DNA of 64,000 nucleotides. Origin: Hemiscyllium ocellatum. Taxonomy: Eukaryota. Both the position numbers and the translations under genes were made by a program. Positions 1-11,043 of the stretch are shown here, one piece after another. The stretch lies in assembly GCF_020745735.1 (NCBI RefSeq), contig NC_083436.1, positions 7,773,299 through 7,837,298 on the forward strand, written 5' to 3'. The notes below the pieces were generated by a model that saw only the letters and a program-made list of their open reading frames with translations, was not told the origin of the DNA and made no database searches. The number at the start of each line of letters is the position of its first letter. The stretch's first letter is position 1.

Positions 1-1087
1 ATGGGGAAGGTCATTGATGAAACAGCTGAAAATGTTCAGGCCGAGTTCACTACCCTGAGGAACTCCTGCAGAGATATCCTGACCTCCAATAAATACAACC
101 CATTTGTTTTTGTGAAGGGCAGCAGGTCGGGCAGCATCCAAAGAGCAGGAGAATCGACGATTCGGGCACGAGCCCTTCTTCAGGAATGAAGACTCCAGGT
201 ATAACTCCAACCAGCTGAGGACCTTTCCACTGATTCCCTTTGATTCTGGTTTTGCTAGGGTTCCTTGATCCCACACTTGTGGCCTCGATATCAAAGACTG
301 CCACTCTCACCTCATTTCTGGAACTCAGGTCTTTTCATTAGGACTCAGGCTTTAAGGAGATCAAGAGAAGAGTGGCCCTTGTGGGATCCACACTGGGCCG
401 TGTGGTGGTCACTCTTGCCAAAACTGTCTTGGACAGATGTGTCTGTGGCAGGCAGATCGGTGAGGATGAGGTCTCTCTTGTTGGTCCTGCAGACCCAGTC
501 TGGCAGCTATGTTTTTCAGGACTTGGCCACCTTTGTCAGTAGTTATCTGCTGACTAGACAATCCTGGTGATCGACTTTGAAATCTCCCAACCAGAGCAGG
601 TTTTGCTATCCTCAGTGCTTTCTCCAAGTGATGATCTGCAGGAGTATGCAGGAGGACCGCTTCATCAGCTGGGGGGAGGGGCTTATCTAGTAGTCAGCAG
701 CACGTTCCCTGCCCTATTTGACTTGTTAGGAAGATAGGAGCAAAAGTCGACCATTCAGCCCTTCGAGGCTCTTCAACCATTCAATGAGATCCTGGCTGAT
801 CTGTGGCCAAGCTCCATATATTTGCCTTTCATCCATATCCATACCATTGGTGAACAAAACATTATCTATCTTAGTTTTAAAATTAGCACCTAATTTGATG
901 CCATTAGACTGCATGTGGTTTGGAGTCAATGTTAAGGACTCCTAGAGTAACTCCTCCCCAACTGTATATCACTCTGCCACCACCTTTGTTGGGTCTGGTG
1001 TGCCAGTGAGATAGGATATATCCAGGGATGGTAATGGTGCTGTCTGGCACATTGTCTATAGGGTATGATTCTGTGAGTCTGATTATA
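1..1087 (-). mobile_element. Fragmented CR1/L2-group LINE (RT and APE pieces) with other repeat scraps
   Basis: SAGVPQGSELGLNIFSCFINDLP at 1-75; LTESYPIDNVPDSTITIPGY...RGGG (APE) at ~960-1087. A PLE tail with a degenerate hammerhead lies at ~120-190. Confidence 0.7.
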
Positions 1088-2280
1088 TCGGGTTGTTGCT
1101 TGACTGGACGTTGCAGGCAAGGATGCCCGGAGGCATGGTACATTGGGGCAACCGAGCAAAGGCTACGACAATGGATGAATGGGCACCGCACAACAATCAA
1201 CAGACAGGAGGGTTCCCTCCCAGTTGGGGAACACTTCAGTGGTCCAGGACATTTTGACCTCAGACCTTCGGGTGACCACCCTCCAAGGTGGACTTCGGTA
1301 CAGGCAGCAGAGAAAAGTGGCCGAGCAAAGGCTGATAGCTAAGTTCGGTACCCATAGGGAGGGCCTCAACTGGGACCTTGGGTTCATGTCACATTACAGG
1401 TGACCACCATTGCACTGTACACACACACAGACACTCCTACACACACACATACACACGGACACACATATACACAGACATGCACACAGACACTCTCACACAC
1501 CCAAACTGACACACACGCTCCCACACTCACACATGCATCCTCTCAGAGGCTTAGACCACTCTACATTCATGCACGCACGTATGCACTCTCTCTCACAGAC
1601 ACTTGCAAGCCCCTACCCCAGACACGCACACCCTCTGCCACACTCACACATGCATCCCCTCACAGACTTAAGACACTGTACACTCACTACACACACATAT
1701 ACGCTCTCTCTCACACTCACAACCCCCAACCCAGACACACACACACAGACAGACACAAAGACCCATACGCACGCATATATTTTGTGGGGTGAATTTGTAC
1801 TTGCAGAGTTACATTGCACTTTGCTCAAAAACTGCATGAATCCATGTAAAACTCTGTTATCTCACTTTTTAGATTAGAATCAATCTAAACATCATGGCAT
1901 AGACAGAGAACACAGGGGGCTAACACCTTCAACATATTGTCTAGCTAACACTCATTGTTACAGCTAACCTGAGAATGCAACTTTTAAAAATAGGTTTTGT
2001 GATTTACACATGAAAGAAGTGAAACTATCATGGTATTCGAACAGATGAAAGACTCAATAGACAACAAGGTATTTTTCAATGTATAATTTCAGTTACATCA
2101 CACTGTAAATTTTTGCTATAAATTCTGTGCCTTACAATTGTATCCTCCACTATCACCTGATGAAGGGGTGGCGCTCCGAAAGCTAGTGCTTCCAATTAAA
2201 CCTGTTGGACTATAACCTGGTGTTGCATGATTTATAACTTTGTACACCCCAGTCCAACACCGGCATCTCCAAATCATGAT
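1088..2280 (+). mobile_element. PLE family B 3' fragment (GIY-YIG end, CA-rich tract, pLTR)
   Basis: RCRQGCPEAWYIG..EQRLRQ.MNGHRTTI...PVGEHFSGPGH...EQRLIAKFGT...GLN; pLTR with hammerhead at 2154-2188. Confidence 0.85.
2154..2188 (+). ncRNA. Minimal type I hammerhead ribozyme (PLE family B)
   Basis: CAC-CUGAUGA-A-GGGG(UGGCG)CUCC-GAAA-GCUA-GUG: catalytic core, 4-bp helix II, palindromic AGCU helix III, 3-bp helix I. Confidence 0.7.
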
Positions 2281-3529
2281 TATCCCTATCCATGTCCCTT
2301 ATGATTTTATAAACCTCAGCCTCTGATGCTCCAGGGAAAACAGCCCCAGTCTATTTAGTCTCTTCCTATAGCTCAAACCCTCCAATCCTGGCAACATCCT
2401 TGTAAATCTTTTCTGAACCCTTTCAGCTTTCTCAACATCCTTCTGTTAGGAAGGAGACCAGAATGGCACACAACTGAGAGGTTTGCTCGGCCATTTCAAA
2501 GGGCAGTTAATAGTCAACCACATTGCTGTGGGTCTGGAGTCACCTACATCCAGATAAGGATATCAGATTTCCTTCCCCAGAAGGCATTAGTGAACCAGTT
2601 AGATTTTACAATATCAATAAAGTTTAATGACGACTATGAAACCATTAACTTAACTTTGTACTGAATTCAAATTCCATGATCTGCCATGATGGGATTCCAC
2701 TGAGTCCCCAGAACATTAGCTGGGTCTCTGGATTAATAGTCTAGTGGTAATATCGCTGGGCTCTTGTCTGCCTGTGCTTCATGTTCACTCTTAAATAAAG
2801 TATATTTGTGAGAAGGTATCTGCCAGTATCTCATAACTTTACATTGAACATTTCCAAGTTTCTCATGTAAGATGGATCAAAACTGACGAGAAGGGGAGGA
2901 GGGTGCAGATTACACTTTTTTATTCCTTCCAAATTGCTCCCTGGCCAACTCATCTCTAGAGCATTGGGAAAGTAGGGGACAGAGACTGAAAGTGAAATAA
3001 CATGAGCTCCCATAAACTCAAAGTTAGTGCCATATTAATTTTCTTGTCTTCTTCCTTATTCAATGAGTCACTGGCATAAACTCAGTAGAAAGAAAAACCA
3101 CAAAAACAATAATTGAATTGAATTAGTTCTATTGTTACATGTACACAAATGACTACAGTGAACAGTTTACAAGTCTCCACTTATGGCGTCATCTTAGATA
3201 CAAAGTACCGAAACACAGAATCTTCAGTACTAGGAAAGAAATATTAGGAAAATAAAGAAAGAGAGAGTCCAGCATTGCAGATTATAGGAATAAATTAGAA
3301 AATAAAGAAATAAAAAGTTTGGAATAACAATCCTTAGCAGCACCTACTCCAGGCCTTGACCCCAGACTGCCAGAGCTCACCTCGATGCCCTCGAAGCCTG
3401 GAGCTCGCTCTGGGAACACGTTGAGGCCAGAGATCCACATCAAGAGACTGCCACGAGCTACAAAATGACCACTGCACCGGACCAGGAGACTGCCATGCTG
3501 GCCTGAAAGTCCACCACACCAGGATGGCA

Positions 3530-4330
3530 ACTTACCACACCAGGCAGAGAGATGGCCAGGCCAGGCTGGGAGATGGCCACAATAGGCTGGGAGATGGCCA
3601 CATCAGGCTGGGAGATGGCCAGGCCAGGCTGGGAGATGGCTAGGCCAGGCTGGGAGATGGCCACAAGAGGCAGAGAGATGGCCACACCAGGCAGACAGAT
3701 GGCCACCCCAGGCTGGGAGATGGCCACAAGAGGCAGAGAGATGGCCAGGCCAGGCTGGGAGATGGCCACACCAGGCTGGGAAATGGCCACCCCAGGCTGG
3801 GAGATGGCCATGCCAGGCAGAGAGATAGCCACACCAGGCAGAGAGATGGCCACACCAGGCAGAGAGATGGCCATGCCAGGCAGAGAGATAGCCACACCAG
3901 GCAGAGAGATGGCCACACCAGGCAGAGAGATGGCCATGCCAGGCAAAGAGATAGCCACACCAGGCAGAGAGATGGCCACACCAGGCAGAGAGATGGCCAG
4001 GCCAGGCTGGGAGATGGCCATGCCAGGCAGAGAGATAGCCACACCAGGCTGGGAGATGGCCACACCAGGTTGGGAGAGATGGCCACACCAGGCAGACAGA
4101 TGGCCACACCAGGCAGACAGATGGCCACACCAGGCAGAGAGATGGCCAGGCCAGGCTGGGAGATGGCCATGCCAGGCAGAGAGATAGCCACACCAGGCAG
4201 AGAGATGGCCACACCAGGCAGACAGATGGCCACACCAGGCAGAGAGATGGCCAGGCCAGGCTGGGAGATGGCCAGGCCAGGCTGGGAGAGATGGCCATGC
4301 CAGGCTGGGAGAGATGGCCATGCCAGGCTG
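3530..4330. repeat. 21-bp minisatellite (CAGGC[AGA/TGG]GAGATGGCCACAC variants)
   Basis: About 38 tandem units. Produces the PGREMAT/PGWEMAR periodic ORFs. Confidence 0.95.
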
Positions 4331-4348
4331 AGAGGATGCTTCGCTGGG

Positions 4349-4641
4349 TCATAGAATCATAGAATCCCTACAGTGTGGAAACAGGCCCTTCAATCCACAC
4401 CAACCGTCCAAAGAGTAAACCATCCAGACTCATTCCCTTACACTATTATCCTATGACCAATGCACCTAATCTGCACATCCCTGAACACTATGAGCAATTT
4501 CGCACGGCCAATTCACCTAACATGCACATCTTTGGATTGTGGGAGGAAACCGGAGCACCCGGAGGAAACCCACGCAGCCACAGGGAGAATGTGCAAACTC
4601 CACACAGACAGTCGCCTGAGGCTGGAATCGAACCCGGGTCA
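4349..4641 (-). mobile_element. HE1/V-SINE
   Basis: V-domain and CR1-like tail; tRNA-like head partly lost. Confidence 0.85.
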
Positions 4642-5144
4642 ATGCTGAGGCCAAGCATCCAAAGCTGAGAAGAAAGAAGAGAGAAGAAAACATTTGAAAA
4701 TCGCTAAACTCTTCATAAATATGTTTAACCGCAATTTGTCATGTCGAGAGATAATAACAAGCTATTTTTAAAAAAAGAACTACATTTGTACAGCACTTTT
4801 CATGACTACTGGACATTTTTAAGCACTTTACTGAGAATGAAGCACTTTTCAAAGTTTTTTGCAACCACCGTTGTAATGCAGGAAACTTGACGGCTAATTT
4901 GAATGCAGCAAACTCTGAAAAGCAGCAGTGTACAAAAATACAATATTTTTCACCCAGTCAAGTTTGCAGATGGAGTCTCAATTTAACATTTCATCCAAAA
5001 GGCAACATCTTTAACAGACTCTCAGTGTTGCTCTAGGTTACCCTGAATTTCCCGGTTGACACCCAAAGAGGGATTTGAACCTTGAGTCAAAGAGGAAAGA
5101 TAAAAGTCCCTCAGCCTATCAAGTCTGCATTTGTCAAAAATAAA

Positions 5145-5328
5145 GTTAAAAATCACACAACACCAGGTTATAGTCCAACAGGTTTAATTGGAAGCACTAG
5201 CGTCCTTCAACAGGTGGAGGAGCGGTGCTCTGAAAGTTCGTGCTTCCAAATAAACCTGTTGGACTATAACCTGGTGTTGTGTGATTTTTAATGGTGTAAA
5301 CTTCACTCCAACATCGGCATCTCCAAAC
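5145..5328. mobile_element. Fold-back mini-element made of family B pLTR sequence
   Basis: Inverted pLTR arms around hammerhead remnants. 15-bp TSD with 1 mismatch (5130-5144 / 5329-5343). Confidence 0.8.
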
Positions 5329-6397
5329 TTTGTCACAAATAAACATCTAATTATTCTTATCCCGTTTCCCAGCACTTGGTTCATAGCTTTGTACGTCTTG
5401 GCATTGAACATTCACATCTAACCACTTCTCAAATGTTTTGAGAGTTTCTGCCTCATTGAGTTCCAGATTCTTATCACCCTCAGTGAATTTTTTTTCCCCT
5501 CACATCTTCTCCTTAAACTTATACTCCCTGATCATTGCTCACTCCACCCAGGGTAAACGATTCTTCCTCTCTACCCTATCTATGACTTCTCATAATTTTC
5601 CGTGACTCAGTTTCCTCTGCTCCAAGGAAAGCAACATCAGCCTGTCCAATCTTCCGTCATAATTAAAACTCTCCAACCCAGGCAACACCTTGGTAAATCT
5701 TCTCTGCACCTTCTCCAGTGCCAGCACATCCCTCCTATAATATGAATTTCAGAACTTCCTACATTACCGTAGTTGTGGTCAGTCCATCATTTTATATAGT
5801 TCCAAACTAGGACCGTGTAAGTAAGAGGTGAGTGTAACTAACAGCTGAACTGCTGAGGAGTTAATGTTGGGCTAGAACGCTCTCTTCTCTTCTTGAATGG
5901 TACTAGAAGATCTAATAAACTCTTTGTCTGAAATGTATCCAATATTTCCTCTTCTAGTCTGATGCTGCTACTTAGTCTGAACATAGGCTCTGGATAAAAC
6001 ACACACCTACCATAGTCACATTTCAGTAACATGTCTTATGACTTCTAATGACAAACAAAATCAAATGCTTTTTCATGATCTATGAAGGATATATAACGAT
6101 TCTTGTTTACTTCTGGGTAGTCATTGAAGATCGTTCTGAGATTAAAGATCCTCCTTCTTATTTTCACTCCAGGTCCAAATCCAGGCTGTATTTTATTATT
6201 TTCTGCTTCAAATCCCTTATTATTATTATTCATATTTCTCGCTATTATCATAGAACATAGAACATAGAAAAATACAGCGCAGTACAGGCCCTTCGGCCCT
6301 CGATGTTGCGCCGACCGAAGCCTACCTAACCTACACTAGCCCAATGGCCTCCATATGCTTATCCAATGCCCGCTTAAATGACCATAAAGAGGGAGAG

Positions 6398-7175
6398 CTG
6401 CAAATGTGTTGCTGGTCAAAGCACAGCAGGCCAGGCAGCATCTCAGGAATAGAGAATTCGACGTTTCGAGCATAAGCCCTTCATCAGGAATAAGAGAGAG
6501 AGAGCCAAGCAGGCTAAGATAAAAGGTAGGGAGGAGGGACTAGGGGGAGGGGCGATGGAGGTGGGATAGGTGGAAGGAGGTCAAGGTGAGGGTGATAGGC
6601 CGGAGTGGGGTGGGGGCGGAGAGGTCAGGAAGAGGATTGCAGGTTAGGAGGGCGGTGCTGAGTTGAGGGAACCGACTGAGACAAGGTGGGGGGAGGGGAA
6701 ATAAGGAAACTGGAGAAATCTGAATTCATACCTTGTGGTTGGAGGGTTCCCAGGCGGAAGATGAGGCGCTCCTCCTCCAGCCGTCATGTAGTTGTGTTCT
6801 GCCGGTGGAGGAGTCCAAGGACCGGCATGTCCTCGGTGGAGTGGGAGGGAGAGTTAAAGTGTTGAGCCACGGGGTGATTGGGTTGGTTGGTTCGGGCGGC
6901 CCGGAGGTGTTCTCTGAAGCGTTCCGCAAGTAAGCGGCCTGTCTCACCAATATAGAGGAGGCCACATCGGGTGCAGCGGATGCAATAGATGATGTGTGTG
7001 GAGGTACAGGTGAACTTGTGGCGGATATGGAAGGATCCCTTGGGGCCTTGGAGGGAAGTGAGTGTGGAGGTGTGGGCGCAAGTTTTACATTTCCTGCGGT
7101 TGCAGGGGAAGGTGCCGGGGGTGGAGGTTGGGTTGGTGGGGGGTGTGGATCTGACGAGGGAGTCACGAAGGGAGT
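6398..7175 (-). mobile_element. PLE family A 3' fragment (GIY-YIG + pLTR) nested in a CR1 LINE
   Basis: Nearly identical to 11044-11821. One CGA>TGA change truncates the endonuclease. Confidence 0.93.
6456..6491 (-). ncRNA. Minimal type I hammerhead ribozyme (PLE family A)
   Basis: AUUC-CUGAUGA-A-GGGC(UUAU)GCUC-GAAA-CGUC-GAAU: palindromic ACGU helix III, GUC cleavage triplet. Confidence 0.75.
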
Positions 7176-8178
7176 CCACCACTGTTACTGGCAGGGCATT
7201 CCATGAACTCACAACTCGCTGAGTAAAGAATCTACCCCTAACATCTGTCCTATACCAACCTCCCCTTAATTTAAAGCTGTGTCCCCTAGTAACAGCTGAC
7301 TCCATACGCGGAAAAAGGTTCTCACTATTAACCCTATCTAAACCCCTAATCATCTTGTACACCTCTATCAAATCTCCCCAAACCTTCTTTTCTCCAATGA
7401 GAACAGGCCCAATTGCCTCAGCCTTTCCTCATACGATCTTCCTACCATACCAGGCAACATCCTGGTAAACCTCCTCTGCACCCGCTCCAGTGTCTCCACA
7501 TCCTTCCTATAGTATGGCGACCAAAACTGCACACAATACTCCAGATGAGGCCGCAACAGAGTTTTATACAACTGCAACATGACCTCAGGACTCCGGAACA
7601 CAATTCCTCTACCAATAAAGCCCAGTACTCCATATGCCTTCCTCACAGCACAATTTACTTGGGTGGCAACTTTCAGAGATCTGTGTACGTGGACACCAAG
7701 ATCCCTCTGCTCATCCACACTACCAAGTAGCCTACCATTAGCCCAGTAATCCATCTTCTTGTTACTCCTACCAAAGTGAATGACTTCACACTTAGCTAAA
7801 AGTGTAATTTTCAAGCTCACCTCAATGAGGTGGCTGATGAAGCTTTCAGTTCTAAACTCCATGTTTCTGAAATAATTAATAGATAGTGAATATTTCAAGG
7901 TTACTTGGAATAAATTCTTTGGTACATATTTAATCACAAATTTCTGTTCTCATTTCTAATTCTTTTCTCTAAGAGCTTTTGGACGTTCTGCTCTTATTTC
8001 ATCCATTTAACCTGGAGTTTTTATCGTACTCATCAGTTTCAAAGCATTTGATTACACCTTTGATTACATAATATTTGGAACATAATTCTCTTCAAATACC
8101 TTGAGGACCCTCTCCATTTGAATCATTGTACAATTTGCTGAGTACGATGAAATTGAAAAGAGAATGACAAATATAAAT

Positions 8179-9002
8179 ATCATGATTTGGAGATGCCGGT
8201 GTTGGATTGGGGTGTACAAAGTTAAAAATCACACAACACCAGGTTATAGTCCAACAGGTTTAGTTGGAAGCACTAGCTTTCAGAGCGACACTCCTTCATC
8301 AAGTGATAGTGGAGGATACAATTGTAAGACACAGGATTTATAGCAAAAGTCTACAGTGTGATGTAACTGAAATTATACATTGAAAAATACTTTGTTGTTT
8401 GTTGAGTCTCTCATCTGTTCGAATACCATGATAGTTTCACTTCTTTCATATGTAAATCACAAAACTTATTTTAAAAGTTACATTCTCAGGTTAACTGTAA
8501 CAATTGGGGTCAGCCAGATAAGAGGTTAAGATGTTGAACGTGTTAGCCCCCTGTGTTCCCTGTCTGTGCTATAATGTTTAGATTGATTCTTATCTAAAAA
8601 GTGAGTTTTACATGGATTCATGCAGTTGTTGAGCAAAGTACAATGTAACTCTGCAAGTACAAATTCATCCCACAAACCAATATGTGTATTTGTGCATGAG
8701 GGTTTTTTTTGTGTGTATATGTGTGTGTGAGTATGTTTGTGTTTGTGTGTGTGTGTGTTTGTCTGAGGTGGGGAGTTGTGGGTGTCTGTGAGAGAGAATG
8801 TATATGTGTCGATGAGAGTAAAGTGTCTAAGTCTGTGAGAGGATGCATGTGTGTCTGTGGGTGTGTGTGTGTGTGCATGTGTATGTGTGTCTGTTTGTGT
8901 TTGTGTGTGGGTGTCTGTTTGTCTGAGGTGGGGAGTTGTGGGTGTCTGTGAGCAAGAGTGTATATGTGTGGATGAGTGTAAAGTGTCTAAGTCTGTGAGA
9001 GG

Positions 9003-9081
<79 letters not shown>

Positions 9082-9779
9082 GGGTGTCCCTGTGTCTGTG
9101 CCATAATGTTTAGACTGATTCTAATCTAAAAAGTGAGTTAACAGAGTCTTACATGGTTTCATGCAGTTTTTGAGCAAAGTACAATATAACTCTGCAAGTA
9201 CAAATTCATCCCACAAACATATCTGTGTATGTGTGCATGTGGGTTTGTGTGTGCGTGTGTGTCTGTGTGTCTAAGTTAGGGGATTGTGAGTGTGAGAAAG
9301 AGTGTGTATGTGTATGTAAAGAGTCTAAGTCTGTGAGAGGATGCATGTATGAGTGTGGGAGTGTGTGTGTCTGTAGGAGTGTGTGTGTTTGTGGGTGTGT
9401 CTGGGGTAGAGGGCTGTGTCTGTGAGAGTGTATATGTCTGTAGGAGTGTGTGTGAGTATCAGTGTGCATGTCTGTATGTACGTGTGTATGTGTGCGTATA
9501 GGAGTGCGTGTGTGTGTGTGTGTGTACAGTGCAACGGTGGTCACCTGTAATGTGACATGAACCTGAGGTCCCGATTGAGGCCCTCCCTATCGGTATGGAA
9601 CGTATCTATCAGCCTCTGCTCGGCCACTTTTCGTTGTTGCCTGTCCCAAAGTCCACATTGGAGGATGATCACCCAAAGGTCCGAGGTCGAATGTCCTGGA
9701 CCACTGAAGTGTTCCCCAACTGGGAGGGAACCCTCCTGTCTGTTGATTGTTGTGCGGTGCCCATTCATCCGTTGTCGTA
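8179..9779 (-). mobile_element. PLE family B 3' fragment with internal tandem duplication
   Basis: Same GIY-YIG C-terminus (9541-9768) and pLTR as 1088-2280. The 3' region unit occurs twice (~8548 and ~9088). Confidence 0.85.
9004..9077. repeat. (GT)n microsatellite within PLE family B
   Basis: Pure GT run of ~37 units. Confidence 0.98.
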
Positions 9780-10406
9780 GCCTTTAGGAATTCTAAAGAG
9801 AAATGGTATAATGAGATGTGTGATAAAGTAGTGGAGCTGGAAAGAAATCACATAATGGAAGTTATGTACCAGAAGGTGAAATCTTTAGCAAATGTAAGGA
9901 AGTGGCTAACAACACAAGATAGGTACATAGAAGGAAGATAGCTAACTACACTTAACAGAGATATAGACGAGAAAGATGACAAACTATTGCTGAAAGGATG
10001 CAGGAGCAAAGCAATTGACAGAATGCACAGCCTTTTAAAACGTAATTATTTAGTAAACTTCAAATCCCCAGAGGCAAACAATCACCTCCACAGTTGCTGG
10101 GTTTAGGTGATTGGGCACCACCTAAATCAGGAAGAGGGCCACTTCTCGGGAATGTATCGTATTGTTTGTGTCTCTTTCCAATGCACAAGGCCCCACGGTG
10201 GGAGCTGGGTGGACAGAGAGCCTCATTGATCCTCAAGCTGCTTAGCAAGGACCACTCTCGCTGCAGGAGTTGAAAAAGTAAGACTCAGTACAAATTGTTT
10301 GGGACTGCACTGACCACATTCTGAAGAAAGCAGGAAGGAAAAGGTTTTCATTAATATAACACAATGAGCTCTCAACAACCCAAAGCAGATTGCAGCCAAT
10401 TAAATA

Positions 10407-10701
10407 GGGCAGCACAGTGGTTCAGTGGTTAGCACTGCTGCCTCACAGCACCAGGTCTCAGGTTCGATTCCAGCCTTGGATGACTGTCTGCACAGAGTTT
10501 GCACTTTCTCCCTGTGTCTGTCTGTGTTTCTTCCCACAGTCCAAAGATGTGCAGGTCAGGTGAATCGGCCATGCTGAGTTGCCCATGGTGTTAGGTGCAC
10601 CTTTCAGAGGGAAGTGGGTCTGGGTGGGTTACTCTTTGGAGGATTGGTGTGGACTGGCTGGGCCTAAGGGCCTGTTTCCACACCACAGGGAATCTAATCT
10701 A
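10407..10701 (+). mobile_element. HE1/V-SINE
   Basis: tRNA-like head (A/B box), V-domain, (AATCT)n tail. Confidence 0.88.
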
Positions 10702-10879
10702 AACAATCTTGGAAGTGTAGTCACTAGAATAATATGGGAAACACACCAGCAATTTGTACATACTCAGATCTACAAACAGACATATGGTCATAATCTCTTG
10801 GCTGAGTAGCAGATAGGGGCAGGGCATTAGGGTACGTTCTACCCTTTTACTCCCAATAGTGCCATGGCAAATTTTTACT

Positions 10880-11043
10880 CGCATACAAAAGGGCAGATAG
10901 GAGCTCAGTTTAATGTCTATCTGAAGGTTGGTACCTCCCACAGCACAGCAGAACAGCTCCCTGCCTCTGCACTGGAACATTAGCTGGGCTACCTGCTCAA
11001 GCCTTTAAAACGGTTCTTGAACCAAGGACCTTGCCATCACAGA
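10880..11043 (-). mobile_element. Old DeuSINE-like element, target of the PLE insertion (continues at 13426-13465)
   Basis: CTCAGTTTAATGTCTATCTGAAGG...CTGCACTGGAAC...CTTGAACC resembles the Deu domain plus tRNA head. Sequence is contiguous across the PLE TSD. Confidence 0.5.

Larger units (their letters stand above)
6250..7797 (-). mobile_element. CR1 (HER1-like) LINE 3' part, split by PLE at 6398-7175
   Basis: KCEVIHFG...RDLGVHV...RPHLEYCVQFWSP...LERVQRRFTRM...SYEERL; (CATAGAA)n tail at 6250. Confidence 0.9.
5845..8175 (-). mobile_element. Old RTE-type LINE (pieces 5845-6245 and 7800-8175) split by CR1 + PLE
   Basis: IIARN...QPGFG...RRIFNLRTIF...FIDHEKAFD and VxSNALKLM...KTPG resemble RTE RT N-terminal motifs. 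Confidence 0.55.

Noticed and set aside
1400-1877. His/Thr-rich or Cys/Val-rich ORFs (also 8526-9544)
   Set aside because: Translations of CA/GT microsatellite-like tracts inside PLE family B.
3458-4354. 200-290-aa ORFs as real genes
   Set aside because: They are the by-product of a 21-nt stop-poor repeat open in several frames on both strands, with no unique domain.
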